Source: Yuukianura sp. NJ FZ-2021 (taxonomy: Eukaryota). Taken from it: a stretch of DNA of 64,000 nt. The position numbers and the translations under genes were made by a program. The stretch is from contig CM102290.1 of NCBI GenBank assembly GCA_046563655.1, forward strand, positions 5,084,001 through 5,148,000, written 5' to 3'. The notes beneath the pieces are model-generated. The model saw nothing but the letters and a program-made list of their open reading frames with translations. It did not search any database and was not told the origin of the DNA. Positions 1-12,100 of the stretch are shown here, piece after piece (within the stretch, counting starts at the first letter, position 1; the number at the start of each line of letters is the position of its first letter).

Positions 1-562
1 GAAGCATGCTGAAGGTTAGCGGAACCAAACTATGTTCCGGCGGAATCCAATGAATTCTACTTCGCTCTCCCTCTAGCTTTTCTTGGTTAAGTGGAGAAAC
101 AGTGACGTGTGTTGCGCCAGATACATAGGAATCCTCAGAAGATGATTCCGACATTACATCCATGGCCATACGCCTTGGACTTCCGTCCGTAGAAGATTCG
201 TCGGACGAAAACTCCAGTTCCCGCTTGTTGCCAGAGAGTAGTTGGCTTCGGGATGGCCCAGGCACCGGAACTGGTGGACGCAGTTGATCCTGATTCACAA
301 CTGGTGCCGGACGTCTCAACTTGACGGACACACCACAGTTGTAGAGCTGGCAAAACACCCGAAACGGAGGTGATAGAAGAAGGGTGGCCCATGTCAATCC
401 ATATTTCTCCGGGTACACGTATGTCTTGAACTGGCTAAAGTACAAACGACCTAATTCCGGAATATCATACCCGTCTGGTGCCCGCTTTTGCAGCAATGAC
501 CGGATGTTGTTGATGACGTAGTCCGGGATTTCTTCGTTCCCGGGATGTTGAGTACGAAGCAT
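1..562 (-). CDS. Partial CDS (3' end off-window): protein with an N-terminal LOTUS/OST-HTH-like domain followed by a Ser/Pro-rich linker
   Basis: Hand translation from ATG at 562 stays open to base 1, which is why the ORF track omits it; an in-frame TAA lies upstream. MLRTQHPGNEEIPDYVINNIRSLLQKRAPDGYDIPELGRLYFSQFKTYVYPEKYGLTWATLLLSPPFRVFCQL fits the LOTUS pattern (IRSLL..G....L...Y........P..YG......L). A splice acceptor ttttcag lies near 786. Confidence 0.6.
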   Translation of the reverse strand, partial: MLRTQHPGNEEIPDYVINNIRSLLQKRAPDGYDIPELGRLYFSQFKTYVYPEKYGLTWATLLLSPPFRVFCQLYNCGVSVKLRRPAPVVNQDQLRPPVPVPGPSRSQLLSGNKRELEFSSDESSTDGSPRRMAMDVMSESSSEDSYVSGATHVTVSPLNQEKLEGERSRIHWIPPEHSLVPLTFSML

Positions 563-1898
563 TCTTGATCCTGTTTGAATCCCTCGTTTGTCGTCCACTC
601 TTTTGACCTCCGAATCAATTCGTAATTAAGCCACTCCTGATGCCGCCGTCGTCGAATACTGCTAATCCAAAGTCTTGCTCTCTCTCCCTCTTTCCAAACC
701 GCACTGAAGAAGAAAAGCTCTCCTTTCGTCTCCTCTCGTCTTCGGCGTCTCTTCTTCACATATGAAGATGTTCTACGCTAATCCTCTGAAAACTCTGAAA
801 ATTATTGCATGCGTTAGGTAGTACCATTTCAGGTTTCTATTCTGAAAGACCACGAAACCGAGCTCGAATGATTTCTTTCGTCCTCACTTGGTCAATTGTT
901 TTAAACAATTATTACGTTGATGTATGTTTAGATTATTACTTAAATATTAATTATTAATACCACAATTATTATAGTACCTAGGATTTTGGAGCAGTTAAGT
1001 AACTCGAGTTGACGACAACAATGGTCACTGCGGCTATCAGGTCGGTGGATGTATTTAGTAATTATTGTTTTTGTCGTTTTACTCGTATAGGCGAAAAGGA
1101 AATGAAAATTGGCTTTAAATCACATTGCATAATGAAAGTTTGAACATAAGCATGCTTGTTGCTTTCCCCAAACTAATCAAAACCATTTACTATTAAACTA
1201 CTGAGTCTTGAAACCAACCTGTACACAAAAGCTATAAATATTAATTGAAAATTGTAAATTCCGAACACAGAGAGCGGATTTCGCATACTAACGTAGGATT
1301 GCTTGGTTTCTAAATTGGGTATAAATATTCTGCCAGTTGTTCTTGAAAGAACTGGCTTCTTTTTTTTAATGAATTTTGCAATTCCTAGCTCAACGTGAAC
1401 AATTGAACCTAAGAGTTAACATACTTCTATGGGATTGTATTATTTTAACCCAATAAGCCGTTGAATAGTAGATAATCTATAATAGAGTACTAAATTCAGT
1501 TCTCACCACAACACTATAAAATTTCATGGATCGAATATCGTTGTTTCAAGCATGACTATAATAGTACTTAATGTCAAAGGAAATTATTGTATCGTTTCTG
1601 CCTATGAATTCGTGTGTAAAAATTGCGTAATTGATTACTATCCAATTTTCATTTTAAAAAGAACAGCATGCTGGAACAGCGTAGGCAGAAATCGTGATAT
1701 GCTGACATTTCAGACGTCACAGAGTATTAGGGACGAACCATTTACAACTTTTGCTTCTTCCTTTCTCCGGTTGACGTAAACTGTAACACCCTCGTATGTG
1801 TAGCCGCACATATAGACTCCAGAAAAAGTTTACTAGTGGCTTTTCCCAATAAGGGAAAAAATCACGATTGGAGGATTGGAAGTAGGCTCCTCCCCCAG

Positions 1899-2197
1899 TA
1901 CCGTAAGATTTCTGGTAAACGGTCAGTCTGTGCGCAGTAGCGCAGATTGTGCGCAGTAGCGCAGATTGTGCGCAGTAGCGCAGATTGTGCGCAGTAGCGC
2001 AGATTGTGCGCAGTAGCGCAGATTGTGCGCAGTAGCGCAGATTGTGCGCAGTAGCGCAGATTGTGCGCAGTAGCGCAGATTGTGCGCAGTAGCGCAGATT
2101 GTGCGCAAAAAAAAAATTAACCAAAAAAAAAACAATCGTAAAAAATAAGCCGATAAACTGAAACATACGTTCGCTCCAAAATCAAAACTTTACGGTA
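1899..2197. mobile_element. Small TA-flanked element (TACCGTAA...TTACGGTA) carrying the 19-bp array
   Basis: Short inverted termini taccgtaa / ttacggta with TA at both ends, a Tc1/mariner-pogo-type signature. Confidence 0.5.
1929..2107 (+). repeat. Perfect tandem minisatellite, unit TGTGCGCAGTAGCGCAGAT (19 bp), 9 copies plus 8 nt
   Basis: Identical head-to-tail units with no spacers. Confidence 0.97.
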
Positions 2198-2270
2198 CCG
2201 CGACTTCGAGTGAAAGTGAAAAAGAGGAGGAGCTCCTGTCCCTTATTTGGAAATTCCACTAATCAGGATT

Positions 2271-2716
2271 TAGTATTTTTGTCAAAAAAAATTATTACAG
2301 AAAAAGAATTTAGCCGCAAAGGACTTTGCAGTTTTCATTTTTTTTCAGTATTTTGAAACAAGAAAAATTCGAGAAAACTTTTTTTTCGCTACGATTTGCG
2401 TGAGAGTCATTTCCCAGACTGATTCGAGAGTGCTAAACCCGATTCTGAAATTAGATCGGGCAAAAACCTACAATTAACCTAACCTAACATAACGTGAACC
2501 AAAATCCAATTGCAGATTCGTATTCAGCACCCTCAAATTAGCCTAGGAAATGAATTTCATGCAAATCAGATTCAGGACACAAAAGTTGTTATTTTTTTTT
2601 TTTTCAAAAAATATAAATTTAAAAAACATATTTTTTTTCGCGGTCAAATTCTTACTCATTAGAATCCATTACATTATAAAAGCACAAAAAAAAAATTCTT
2701 TTTGACAAGAGTACTA
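2271..2716. mobile_element. Foldback-type MITE
   Basis: TIRs tagtatttttgtcaaaaaa / reverse complement tagtactcttgtcaaaaag. Internal inverted arms at 2394-2447 and 2513-2566. Confidence 0.75.
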
Positions 2717-3820
2717 ACCCACGAAACTAAATGTTTACCTACACTCGCCATTTTTAGTAACGAGAGTGGCTACATTGTGCGGCAACTGAAGTGGCCGATT
2801 TAACCTATAAAACTAACGTAAAGTGGCAACATACGTTGCTGCAAAGTGTGGCACCCGTCGTAGCCAATCAAATAAAAATGGCGAAATAGCTACCCTTTGC
2901 GGCTATAATGTCGGCCATTACAATTTACTTCACCTTTCTTCAGCATTTTCGTACGTGATCATACCCTCCTTCCGGTTGGTGTGATATTTAATGTGCGTAA
3001 TTATAGCCAACAGTGTAGGTGGCGACGATGACTTGATACGCTGAGCGGATCCCGTAGAGTTGCCTTTAACGATTGAGTTAGGCTAAAGTGGCTGCATAAG
3101 TTGACACTCACGTCAGTTGTAGGCGCCTATTGTTGCTTTACAAGAAGTCCAGAAAGAAACGCGCGGCTACAATACGGGTCGTTATTCCTTACTTATACTC
3201 TTGTTGCTCTTCTTGGTCCATATTTTGTTCGAGACGCAGTCTACGATGAAGGTTAAAATAAGCCAAGAATCTTCGAGCTTTTTTGCCTCTCATTCTGAAT
3301 CTCATAAGAATTTGAATCTGTCTTTGAATATCTCGCCATCTCTTCAACAAACCGCTCGTTAGAAAAATGTCAATCATCATACTAAGAACAATTGGTTCGA
3401 TTTAAAAACAGTAAGTCGCATTCCTGTGGTCATTAAATGTTTCCGACTCTGACCTGGTCTGTTCCTTTCTATCATGCTGTGCAGAGGCACGAAAAAGCAG
3501 TTTGTCACGGACCAACATTCTTCCGGACCTGTGGAAGATTTCGCGCCAAACACACAACTTCCTATTGGTGAGGCATTGCACATTGGCGAAAAATTAAATT
3601 TTATCTTTGCTAATTAACAACCAAAGGCGAACTTTGTCATTACGAATCGTAATTTACGATCAATGGATCAATTGGTCACCGAAAGTGGAATTTGACAATC
3701 CAAAGAGGTGGAAGGAAGGTCAGGAGCGACTCGATCCGACCGAGGAAGCGAGACAGAGTATAAAGAACATCGCACCGGTTTTGTCATTGCCGCCGCCAGC
3801 AAAAGTTGATATTATTCGCA

Positions 3821-5184
3821 ATGAACGAAACCGAAGAACGTGAAGTAGTAATGCAGTCGAAGCTCGACATGATCGGAGTTGCATTACGCGTAAGTTGTAC
3901 ACACATAATACTCGATACCAGGCCGCACCGTAACTTTGCGTACAAGATGCCAACGTAGGGCGGTCCTCGCAATGAAAGTAAGCCGCTTCGTATCTAATTT
4001 TCTTCTATTGTTTTTCAGAAAATTAGCAGTAAACTGGAAACGTTCGAATTGCAACACGATTACCCATCGAAGGCACACCAAATATTGACTGAGGAGATGC
4101 TGGAAACCTTGCACACAACGTACAAAGGCGCCGTATAAATTCTAACAACCTTTGAGATAGTTTCAATGCAGCATGTTTAACACCTAATGAGGCTACAAGA
4201 AAAGTTAATGCAAAATGCTTTCTTTTGCTTTGAAGGTATAAGGAAGTATCAAAAGAGCTGTCTGGTTTCCTAGAAGAGGAATCCGAAAGTGATGAACCCG
4301 TCGCCAAAAAATTCTGTTTCAGATTGTCTCCCAGTAAAAGTAATATAGCAAACCAATTTCTTTTTCAGATGTATTCTGGCATAACTACTAAAACAGAACA
4401 GATAACCAAGGTTTTCTTTTATTTTGACAGAGTGCTATACAAAGTATCCAACGGAGTACAAAAAAATGATTCCATACGTTAACAAGTTCTTACGAGAGGA
4501 GGCAGTGCATCAAAGTGAATACGTACTTCCCCTGTTATCGGACATCGAACACCTCGTAAGGCACGTCTTGTCCGGAAAGAAAGACATTGCTCGGGAACTA
4601 GCAAAACAAATTATGAGAGACATAAAACCCGTCTCCAGAAAAACCCAAATGGATTTGCGAAATTGGGTGGAGGGGAATGGAGAAAATGATTTCATAGTTC
4701 ACGATCACTCACAATCGTCACCACTGTCTAGGACAGATGGGGATATTCACAAAGAACTTACTAGTGAACAGGATCAAATGGTGAGTCGATTTTTCATCAT
4801 CAGCGAAAGATATTCAATATTTCCAGTTCTATAATATTCAACGTTAGTCTTTAACTATGGCAGGCAACACATTTGTCTGAGCATGGTGCAACGCTCAAGA
4901 ATGCAAATATCCAGGCCACCATCTCCATTACCGAGGAACCGACTACTACCACAAGCACACCAATGGCAGATAAGACACTGGGCGAGACAGAAGGAAATTC
5001 CGATTCCGGTAACAGGGCTTTGCCTGCACCCATGGATACCATACATCTCGCCATATCTGCTTCCGAGGACGTTGGACGCAATACGCCCCAAATTCAGTTA
5101 TTGACAATCGATGAGGACAGTTCCTCTTCACCGTCGTGCTACAATTGTGACTCGACGGACTACGAAGACTTTGACGACGAATGA
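3821..5184 (+). CDS. Spliced hypothetical (orphan) protein of ~345 aa
   Basis: Phase-consistent GT-AG model: 3821-3889, 4019-4119, 4235-4780, 4864-5184. Starts MNETEEREVVMQSKLDMIGVALR and ends in an acidic Ser/Thr tail (SPSCYNCDSTDYEDFDDE). Further small introns are possible. Confidence 0.55.
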
Positions 5185-5803
5185 AAGAATCTATCACAAC
5201 TTGCTATTCACAAAACTGCTCATGTGTTGTTGACTAATGACTACCAAATCCTGTTAATGGTACATAGCATCATTCTTACGAAATGAAATGGTCTCGATTA
5301 ACATTCTTTTTTCTCGCATAGTTACCTCTAGAGTATGTTTTCATGTCAAATAGAATAAATATAAGTAATTTAGTTAATTTCTACACTTGAAGACGATGGA
5401 AGTTGAGTAAACGCTTTTCATCTCCTTGCATAGTTTTTCGGTTGGTTCAGTAATTCGAACGAAATTGGTCGACTGGTCTCTTTTATACAGCTTTTTTATA
5501 CCGATGTATTAACGAATCACTCTGTAAAGCTAACTGCCGCCTCAAGAAAAAATTGCATGTGGAAAGAGTGCATAATGTGAAGCAGTAGATCGTGCCTCTG
5601 CGCACGATGGAGTCAGCTGTCAATCACGGGTATACAAACACGGTGTTCGTGTAGTCCACTCTACTACTATAAAGTAATTAGTTTTTTGGTTCGTGATGGG
5701 CTTCTGAACTTCGTTCTTTTCCTGTTCCTTTACTAGTAAATTTGTCAGTATCATTGGATTCATGAATTGTGATTTAACAACTGTAAGGCAATTAATTGTT
5801 CCA

Positions 5804-7491
5804 GTTCCATTACATCTACGTGCTGAACGGAAGGATACGTAAGCCCACCCATCATCACCCAAAGCACTACGAATTTTAAGTTGCACTCTACTTCATTAGT
5901 CTGTGTCACCGGGTCTCACGTTTGCCTAATTGATTAAGGTATTAAAACTAAGTATCTATTACATAACATGGGTGGTACAATTCGAAAGAATCCTGATGAA
6001 AGTGTAAACGGGTTTTCTTTCACTTGTCTCGTCACTGTATGTAGAACAATGTTCAGTAAATCAGCGTTGATTGGTCCAGCCGTACGGAATCTACTTACGA
6101 AATATGGACTCCAGCAAACAGAAATCTCCGCTTCCGGAACTCATGGAAACCTTCTCAAGGGAGACGTACTTCGACAAGTGCAGCAACACAAAATCCCGGC
6201 CAAATCACTAGGTTTGTAAGTGTAACTGATATTAAGTTCTTGTAAAAACCGTTTTACTCGTCGCGAGAAAAGTTTCTGGTCCCCATCTTTTGTTTGACTT
6301 GATTGTTGACTAAAGAATCGATGAGTATTTTTGACGGTATTTATCCATCCAAGATTTATTTCAAATTGATTTATTTTTGTAGATGCTGGAGCTGCTGTAG
6401 CTATCAGGAAACCTCAACCTCTTCCTTCAATATCGCCGTACATGGATTTAGAACTTTCTAGCATGAGAAAGACGATAGCAAAAAGGTTGCTGCAATCTAA
6501 GGTAAACTGGTCATCCGTTTTTTAGTAGTAAACGATTGTTACTTAATATTGAGTGTGAAAGCATTTTCTGCATGATCCACGTCGTATGACTGGAGAAACA
6601 TCATCTTGAACACATGATAGAGCTCAGCTTTTCATATTTCTTTTTTTTTTGTTGTAGTCAAGCATACCACATGCGTATGCAACAACAGAATGTAGGATCA
6701 ATGGCATTACGTCGCTTCGCAAAAGACTCCAGGAAGTTGGACTCAAAACGTCCGTGAATGACTTCATCATCAAGTGTACAGCCAACGCCATCGCGAAGGT
6801 TCCGGACATAAATGTTGTCTGGGAGGGATCACAATTGAAGAAAGCCGAACGAATTGATATCTCTATAGCTGTTGCCACAAACGCTGGGCTCATAACCCCA
6901 ATTGTCACCAATGTGACTGGAAAGGACATTCTCCAGATTTCAGAAGACATTGGTGCTTTGGCAGCAAAGGCAAGGAGCGGCAAACTTCAACCCCATGAGT
7001 TTATGGGTGGCACGTTCACGTAAATTGTTTGAGTTGACGTCTTTACAAATTAAACCTAAGCTAAATTGTCCATTTCTTTCTGTTTCCAGAATATCCAATT
7101 TAGGAATGTTTGGAATTCATCATTTTAGTGCTATAATTAATCCACCGCAATGCGCAATCCTAGCTGTTGGCGGGGGTCACGCCCACATAGGTAACTTTGT
7201 AACTAATGCATCGCATTTAAGTTAACATTCATAAAAATTCTTCCAAAAGTTGAATGAAAACCGTAACAAAATGAATGTTCTTGGACACTTTCGGTTGTAG
7301 GCGACAACGGAGGATTGGAGAATCGGATAAATCTAATGCTTTCATACGACGCCAGTGGAATTTCTGAAGAAAATGCTGCCATGTTTCTTGCGCATCTCAA
7401 ACATGAGCTGGAAACCGTTTCGGAAACGACTATTGGCATTTACAATATTGCCAGTCGTTCGGAAGCCGTCGAAATTTCACAGTTCATGTGA
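5804..7491 (+). CDS. PDHX: Pyruvate dehydrogenase complex E3-binding protein (protein X)-like; peripheral-subunit-binding domain plus non-catalytic acyltransferase core; start unresolved
   Basis: Exons 5804-5838 (tentative), 6045-6211, 6383-6501, 6658-7019, 7090-7190, 7301-7491. Motifs: IGPAVRNLL...[13 protein letters not shown] (PSBD), [93 protein letters not shown] replaces the DHRxxDG motif. ATG at 6049 is the first clear Met. Confidence 0.85.
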
Positions 7492-8311
7492 GCATATAGA
7501 TTCAAGTATTTCATTTCGCTTAAACAGGTCAGTAAAGTCAAATAAAGGAAATGGTGGAAATTGAACTCTTTCGTAGTCCACCATACTGACACTTTTGCTT
7601 TTTATTTTCGATCTGTAAAAGTAGTGTTATACTCCGAGGTTGAAAATCGAGTTTACTTCCACAACAAACAAATCGCTCTCTTAATAGGATGATGATGATA
7701 AGAAGAGCTCCAGTAATTTATTTACCTGTGTGATCTGATGGATTAACGAACTAAAGTATTATTTTAAAAGGAAAACTGAAAACATGCTGTTTGAGGTTGA
7801 AAGTAAGAAAATAGAGGTAGTACGTTAAACGTTTAAAGAAGTGTAGTTGAGCGGTTCGGCGTCTTAAACAATTACTATTGTCAACATTTGAACTGCAAGT
7901 CTTCGCAGTTCTTAATTTGACATCTATAAAATAGTTTCTAGAAAATAGTAAGAGCATACTGACTCAAAAAAGAGGTTTGAATTACAGGGAAAATGCAGTG
8001 CGAAAATAACGAAAAAAAAAATCGTAATAGGCAACATAAAAATTGCGTTAAAAATACAGATTGATTACAGATGAAGAGACTTTGAGCTCTTGTTTAGTTC
8101 TTAACTAACCTTTACTTTTCCTGTCTCATAGTAAAGCTGAATCATCATGGTTAATTCGTTTAAAGGTAAATAATTTAGAAGCCCCATACTAACATTAGCC
8201 GTAAATTCCAGTGTCAGTATCTACAGGGCACTCAAAAAATGAATATCGACACGAATCCAGTGACAATGCCCATTGTACGTAGAAACCGCTAACAAATAGT
8301 AGAGCAACTAA

Positions 8312-8734
8312 CGAGGGAGCATTCACAACCTGCCGTCAAGGTTTTGAATTAAAAAAAAATACAGTCATATTATTGTATGTCAGAAGAAAATTTTCCGCAC
8401 CAGATTCGGTTGCCAACGCCAAAAAAAAAATTACCCCAACCTGGGCTGGAACCCGTAACCCCACTCCGAAGAAGAAAAAATTTCATGTCGAATTCTTGAA
8501 CAGAAAATGTGTTTAGGATGTTATATCATACAATCTAGACGTTTTCTGTTCAATAATTCGACATAAAAGATATTTTGCTCTTTTTTGTGGAGTGGGTTCG
8601 AGTCCAGGTCGTGGTACTTTTTCTTTGGCGTTGGCAACCAAAACTACTGCAGAAATTTTTTTTGACATAACAGAATAATATGACTGTATTTTTTAAATTG
8701 AAAAACGTGACAGCCAGTTGGGAATATTCCCTCG
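8312..8734. mobile_element. Palindromic MITE (CGAGGG...CCCTCG)
   Basis: The element is one long imperfect inverted repeat (for example ggttgccaacgcca/tggcgttggcaacc and atacagtcatattatt/aataatatgactgtat), flanked by TAA on both sides. Confidence 0.85.
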
Positions 8735-9178
8735 TAAGTGTACAGTAAATGCCACGTTTTTCTATAAACTAAACTTTCAACTTAAATACTTTAACTTAAT
8801 TATGAACACACGACGTTACATAAAAGTTCGTTAGGGTTGTAGAGGAGGGGATTAATTGTTACGTTTGAGATTTAAAATATTTATACAAAAATAACTGAGT
8901 TGTGAAACATTTCTAAATTAGTATATAAATCCAATAAATGCATTCTTATATAAATACAAGGCACATTAGGTTGTTAAAACTAAAACTACCAATATTAAAA
9001 ATCCTAAGCCTTCCAATGAACTGCAAAAAAGTAAGAAGCCGCTGCATATCACTCGGAGGTTAGTTGTGTGAGGTATTTAAGTATTTAGGCTCAGATTTAA
9101 GTTTCATTATTCCTACTGGTTAGGTCAAGGTTAAGTTAACCTAATCCGTCCTAACCCTAAAAGTTTCCGATCCGACGT

Positions 9179-12100
9179 CTACAGTTGACTCCCATGTGGA
9201 GGTGGCGTCTGCGTAGTTTGGACGTGATGATGTTGATGTCGATGTTTCTTGTTTCTGTGTCGGAGGCGGTGGCGCGTGGTGGGTTTTGACGGTGGGGGTG
9301 GAGTCGTAGTCGTCGTGAGTGTCGCAGGTCTTCGCCAATTGGAGAACTGCGGTTGGAGGGGGAACGAAAATGAGGACAGGAAGTCGTCGTTGAGTCCTGG
9401 GTGAATCTGCCCCACCCTCTGGTTGTGTCGAAGTGGACTGAAATTACGGTGGGTTAGGTGGGTCGGGGGTGGGTTTTTCCTAGAGCGAGTGTTGATGGAC
9501 GTTTTGTAGAAGAGGAAACAGTCGAGACATTCGGATCCCTCGTAGGACGATCCGAGGAGACTGCGTCCCTTGAGGTTGAACCCTACGTGCCAACTAGGGT
9601 TCAGAACAGACTTGAAACTGGAGGAACCTGATTCTGGATTTACTTGCTCAATGAATTCGCACTTGGCTCCACGAGCTCGACCCTGCAAAAATGTAACCAA
9701 TAATCGGAGTTAAACATTGTGGACATTTTGGTGACGCGTGTGCTAATGTATTCCTGTTCCTACGTCTACTCCATATTTTCCGGTTCCCCGCATTCTGCCA
9801 ACATGCATTTGCGTCAACTGTCAAAATTAGGCAATTCGCATAGTAGGGCTGTCTGCCGGACTCTTGAGGTCGAATTTAACTTTTACGATTAATCTGGTTG
9901 AGTTGAGTTTTCCGCTCACCGTGTCCGTCCATTACTACTTCAATGAATTATGACTTTGGACGGATTCAGCTCATGGACGGACACCCAAGCGAGCGAAAGG
10001 TGCTAAGGCGGGACATATTTGAGCCTTTTAGTATAGTCGTTTGACCTGATTGAACTCGTGACATTGTAATAAGTGTCCCCAGTGACAGATGCATGGGAAA
10101 GACAACAATGGAAAATGAGACGTTTCACAGTTTTCATTTGAAACGCTTTGGAAAGGGCCCTTTGAAGCCCAAAGTCTAAACCAACAACCCATCAGCGTCA
10201 TATCTGATTTCCGCCGTCAGCATCTATTCTTCAAGAGAAACGGACGACGAATAGGCCGCCATGTGAAACCCACCGCCTTTACAGTTCCACTGTTCAACCA
10301 TCAATTCAATTCTCAGTTCAAAGTGAGATACGGTTGTTAGCCAAATCGATCTGACCAAAGTAACATTTTAAATGGACTGAAGCATAGTCGCCCTAAGGTT
10401 CTCTTACATCCATACAATGCACAGACACGCAGAATTCATTTTTCCAACCACGAGACCTCCAAAATATGAATTGTTTTGGCATTGCCACTGTACAATGCTA
10501 TGTACAATGCACAGTTGGGCCGAATTTCTGGGGAAAATGCCATTTTNNNNNNNNNNNNNNNNNNNNNNNNNNNNNNNNNNNNNNNNNNNNNNNNNNNNNN
10601 NNNNNNNNNNNNNNNNNNNNNNNNNNNNNNNNNNNNNNNNNNNNNNAATGTTCGCGCTCTCTCTCAAACCGTTTAGAACGAAACTTAGTCAAGATCTGCT
10701 TATGGACAGAAGATATGCGCTTGTGCTGACGCTGAGAATCGAGCCACTGAAGGAAGAGCCCAATGATCAAATACCTAGTTGGACGATAGTGTAAATTCGA
10801 AATAATTTACGGTCTGCCTCCAGAAAACGTAAGGCAGAACCACGACTGACAGAGGTAGACAGCTTACAGCGCCGTTTCTGTAGTGGCTTAAACATGCATG
10901 TATAGGTTAACTAGTTTGGTTCAATTTCTTAAGCCCTGGGCTGCTGCGCATGAGCCCGGGTAAATCTGTTGTGGTTAGTCAATACATTGTTAGCGTACTA
11001 CTTTTCGTGTCTAACCTGGACTTGGCTGTCGTGTCCAGATTAATTTTTATAGCCAAGTATCAATGTTATTTTGACAGGCTATCAATTATGAAAAGCCTCC
11101 AAGCACACCGATCCAATCATGCATCACGGACATGCATGATCTTCTTTGACTACCAAAACGTTCATCTAATAAATAACTGCTTTGGAATTATTGGTGTTCT
11201 CAATTTGTTAACTTTTGCGCTGAAACCATCACAGTTTTAGTTACCTTTGGTTTGGACACCAGGCGTCCCTTCTGGTTGAAGCACAAGTAAGTGTCTGAAA
11301 CCAACCCGCGGATTCTGGTTCTCACTTCTTCGTTTTTTATCACAGATTCAAGTCCAAGCTCTCCTGAAATTTCAAAAAAAAATTCAATTCAAACAGGAAT
11401 TTTCAAATTATCAAACTTTGGACAGCGGACATCGGCTGACAGTTACTGGCGCGAGTTCCGTTTATGGCTCCACACTGCATTTTTACCAAAAATTCACCGT
11501 GTTGGAAGACATGGAATGTCGACAACATACGCATCCAGTATCTACCAATGCTCAGTCACGTCCGTATCTCTTAAGTAAGTTTGGGAACTCTTTGAGACGT
11601 TACGATGGGAGAGCCTTAAGGGGCCCAAGTCCTAAACTCCTGGCGCTTAAACTTGTGTAAGGAAATTAAGATAACGGAAAGCCGAAGCGTGTGAAAATAT
11701 CCTTTTAGGTTCTGTCGGAAGCACTTTCCGAAACAAAGATTTTTGTGGACTTTCATCGGATTGAATGCAGGAAGGACTCATTGACCTTGGGATCCAGTGG
11801 GCCCTTAGCATCCTCCCTTTCATTCCATTCTGATGTCCAATCGACATGACAGCTCAAGCGCCACTGACTCTCCAATCCTCAACCATAGTAAGACAAATAC
11901 AAAAAGTCAAGTTTAGAATCATCTCTACACCGGGGACATCCATTTGGTAAAGCCAACGTTAATTTGAACGCTCTGGGCACTGTATCAAATTTCAGCTAGG
12001 AACGCACCTTCCCTGCGTATTTGTTTCACTGAAGTTACGAGAATGAGCCATTAAAAAATATAGCGTTTGCTTGTCACAACTCAGCTTTCGCTTTCCAATT

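Larger units (their letters stand above)
1834..2261. mobile_element. MITE with TA ends
   Basis: TIRs tagtggcttttcccaataaggga (1834) and reverse complement tagtggaatttccaaataaggga (2261). Confidence 0.6.
1784..3184. mobile_element. Putative old non-autonomous DNA transposon with degenerate TIRs; host of nested insertions
   Basis: Left end taacaccctcgtatgtgtagccgc versus reverse complement of right end taacgacccgtattgtagccgc. GTGGCTAC/GTAGCC-like motifs recur at 2766-3170. Confidence 0.4.

Noticed and set aside
135..759. Listed ORFs 135-392 and 451-759
   Set aside because: These are alternative frames overlapping the more credible LOTUS-like frame (562 to the edge) and its 5'UTR.
1717..2166. 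ORFs with repeated RTICATAHNLRYCAQSALL, and the array as a possible CRISPR
   Set aside because: The ORFs are translations of the 19-bp minisatellite. The units have no spacers, there are no cas genes, and the context is eukaryotic.
3189..3583. Two abutting short minus-strand ORFs
   Set aside because: No recognisable motif and no phase-consistent splice model found.
10404..10794. ORFs containing X runs
   Set aside because: Artefacts of the 100-N gap.
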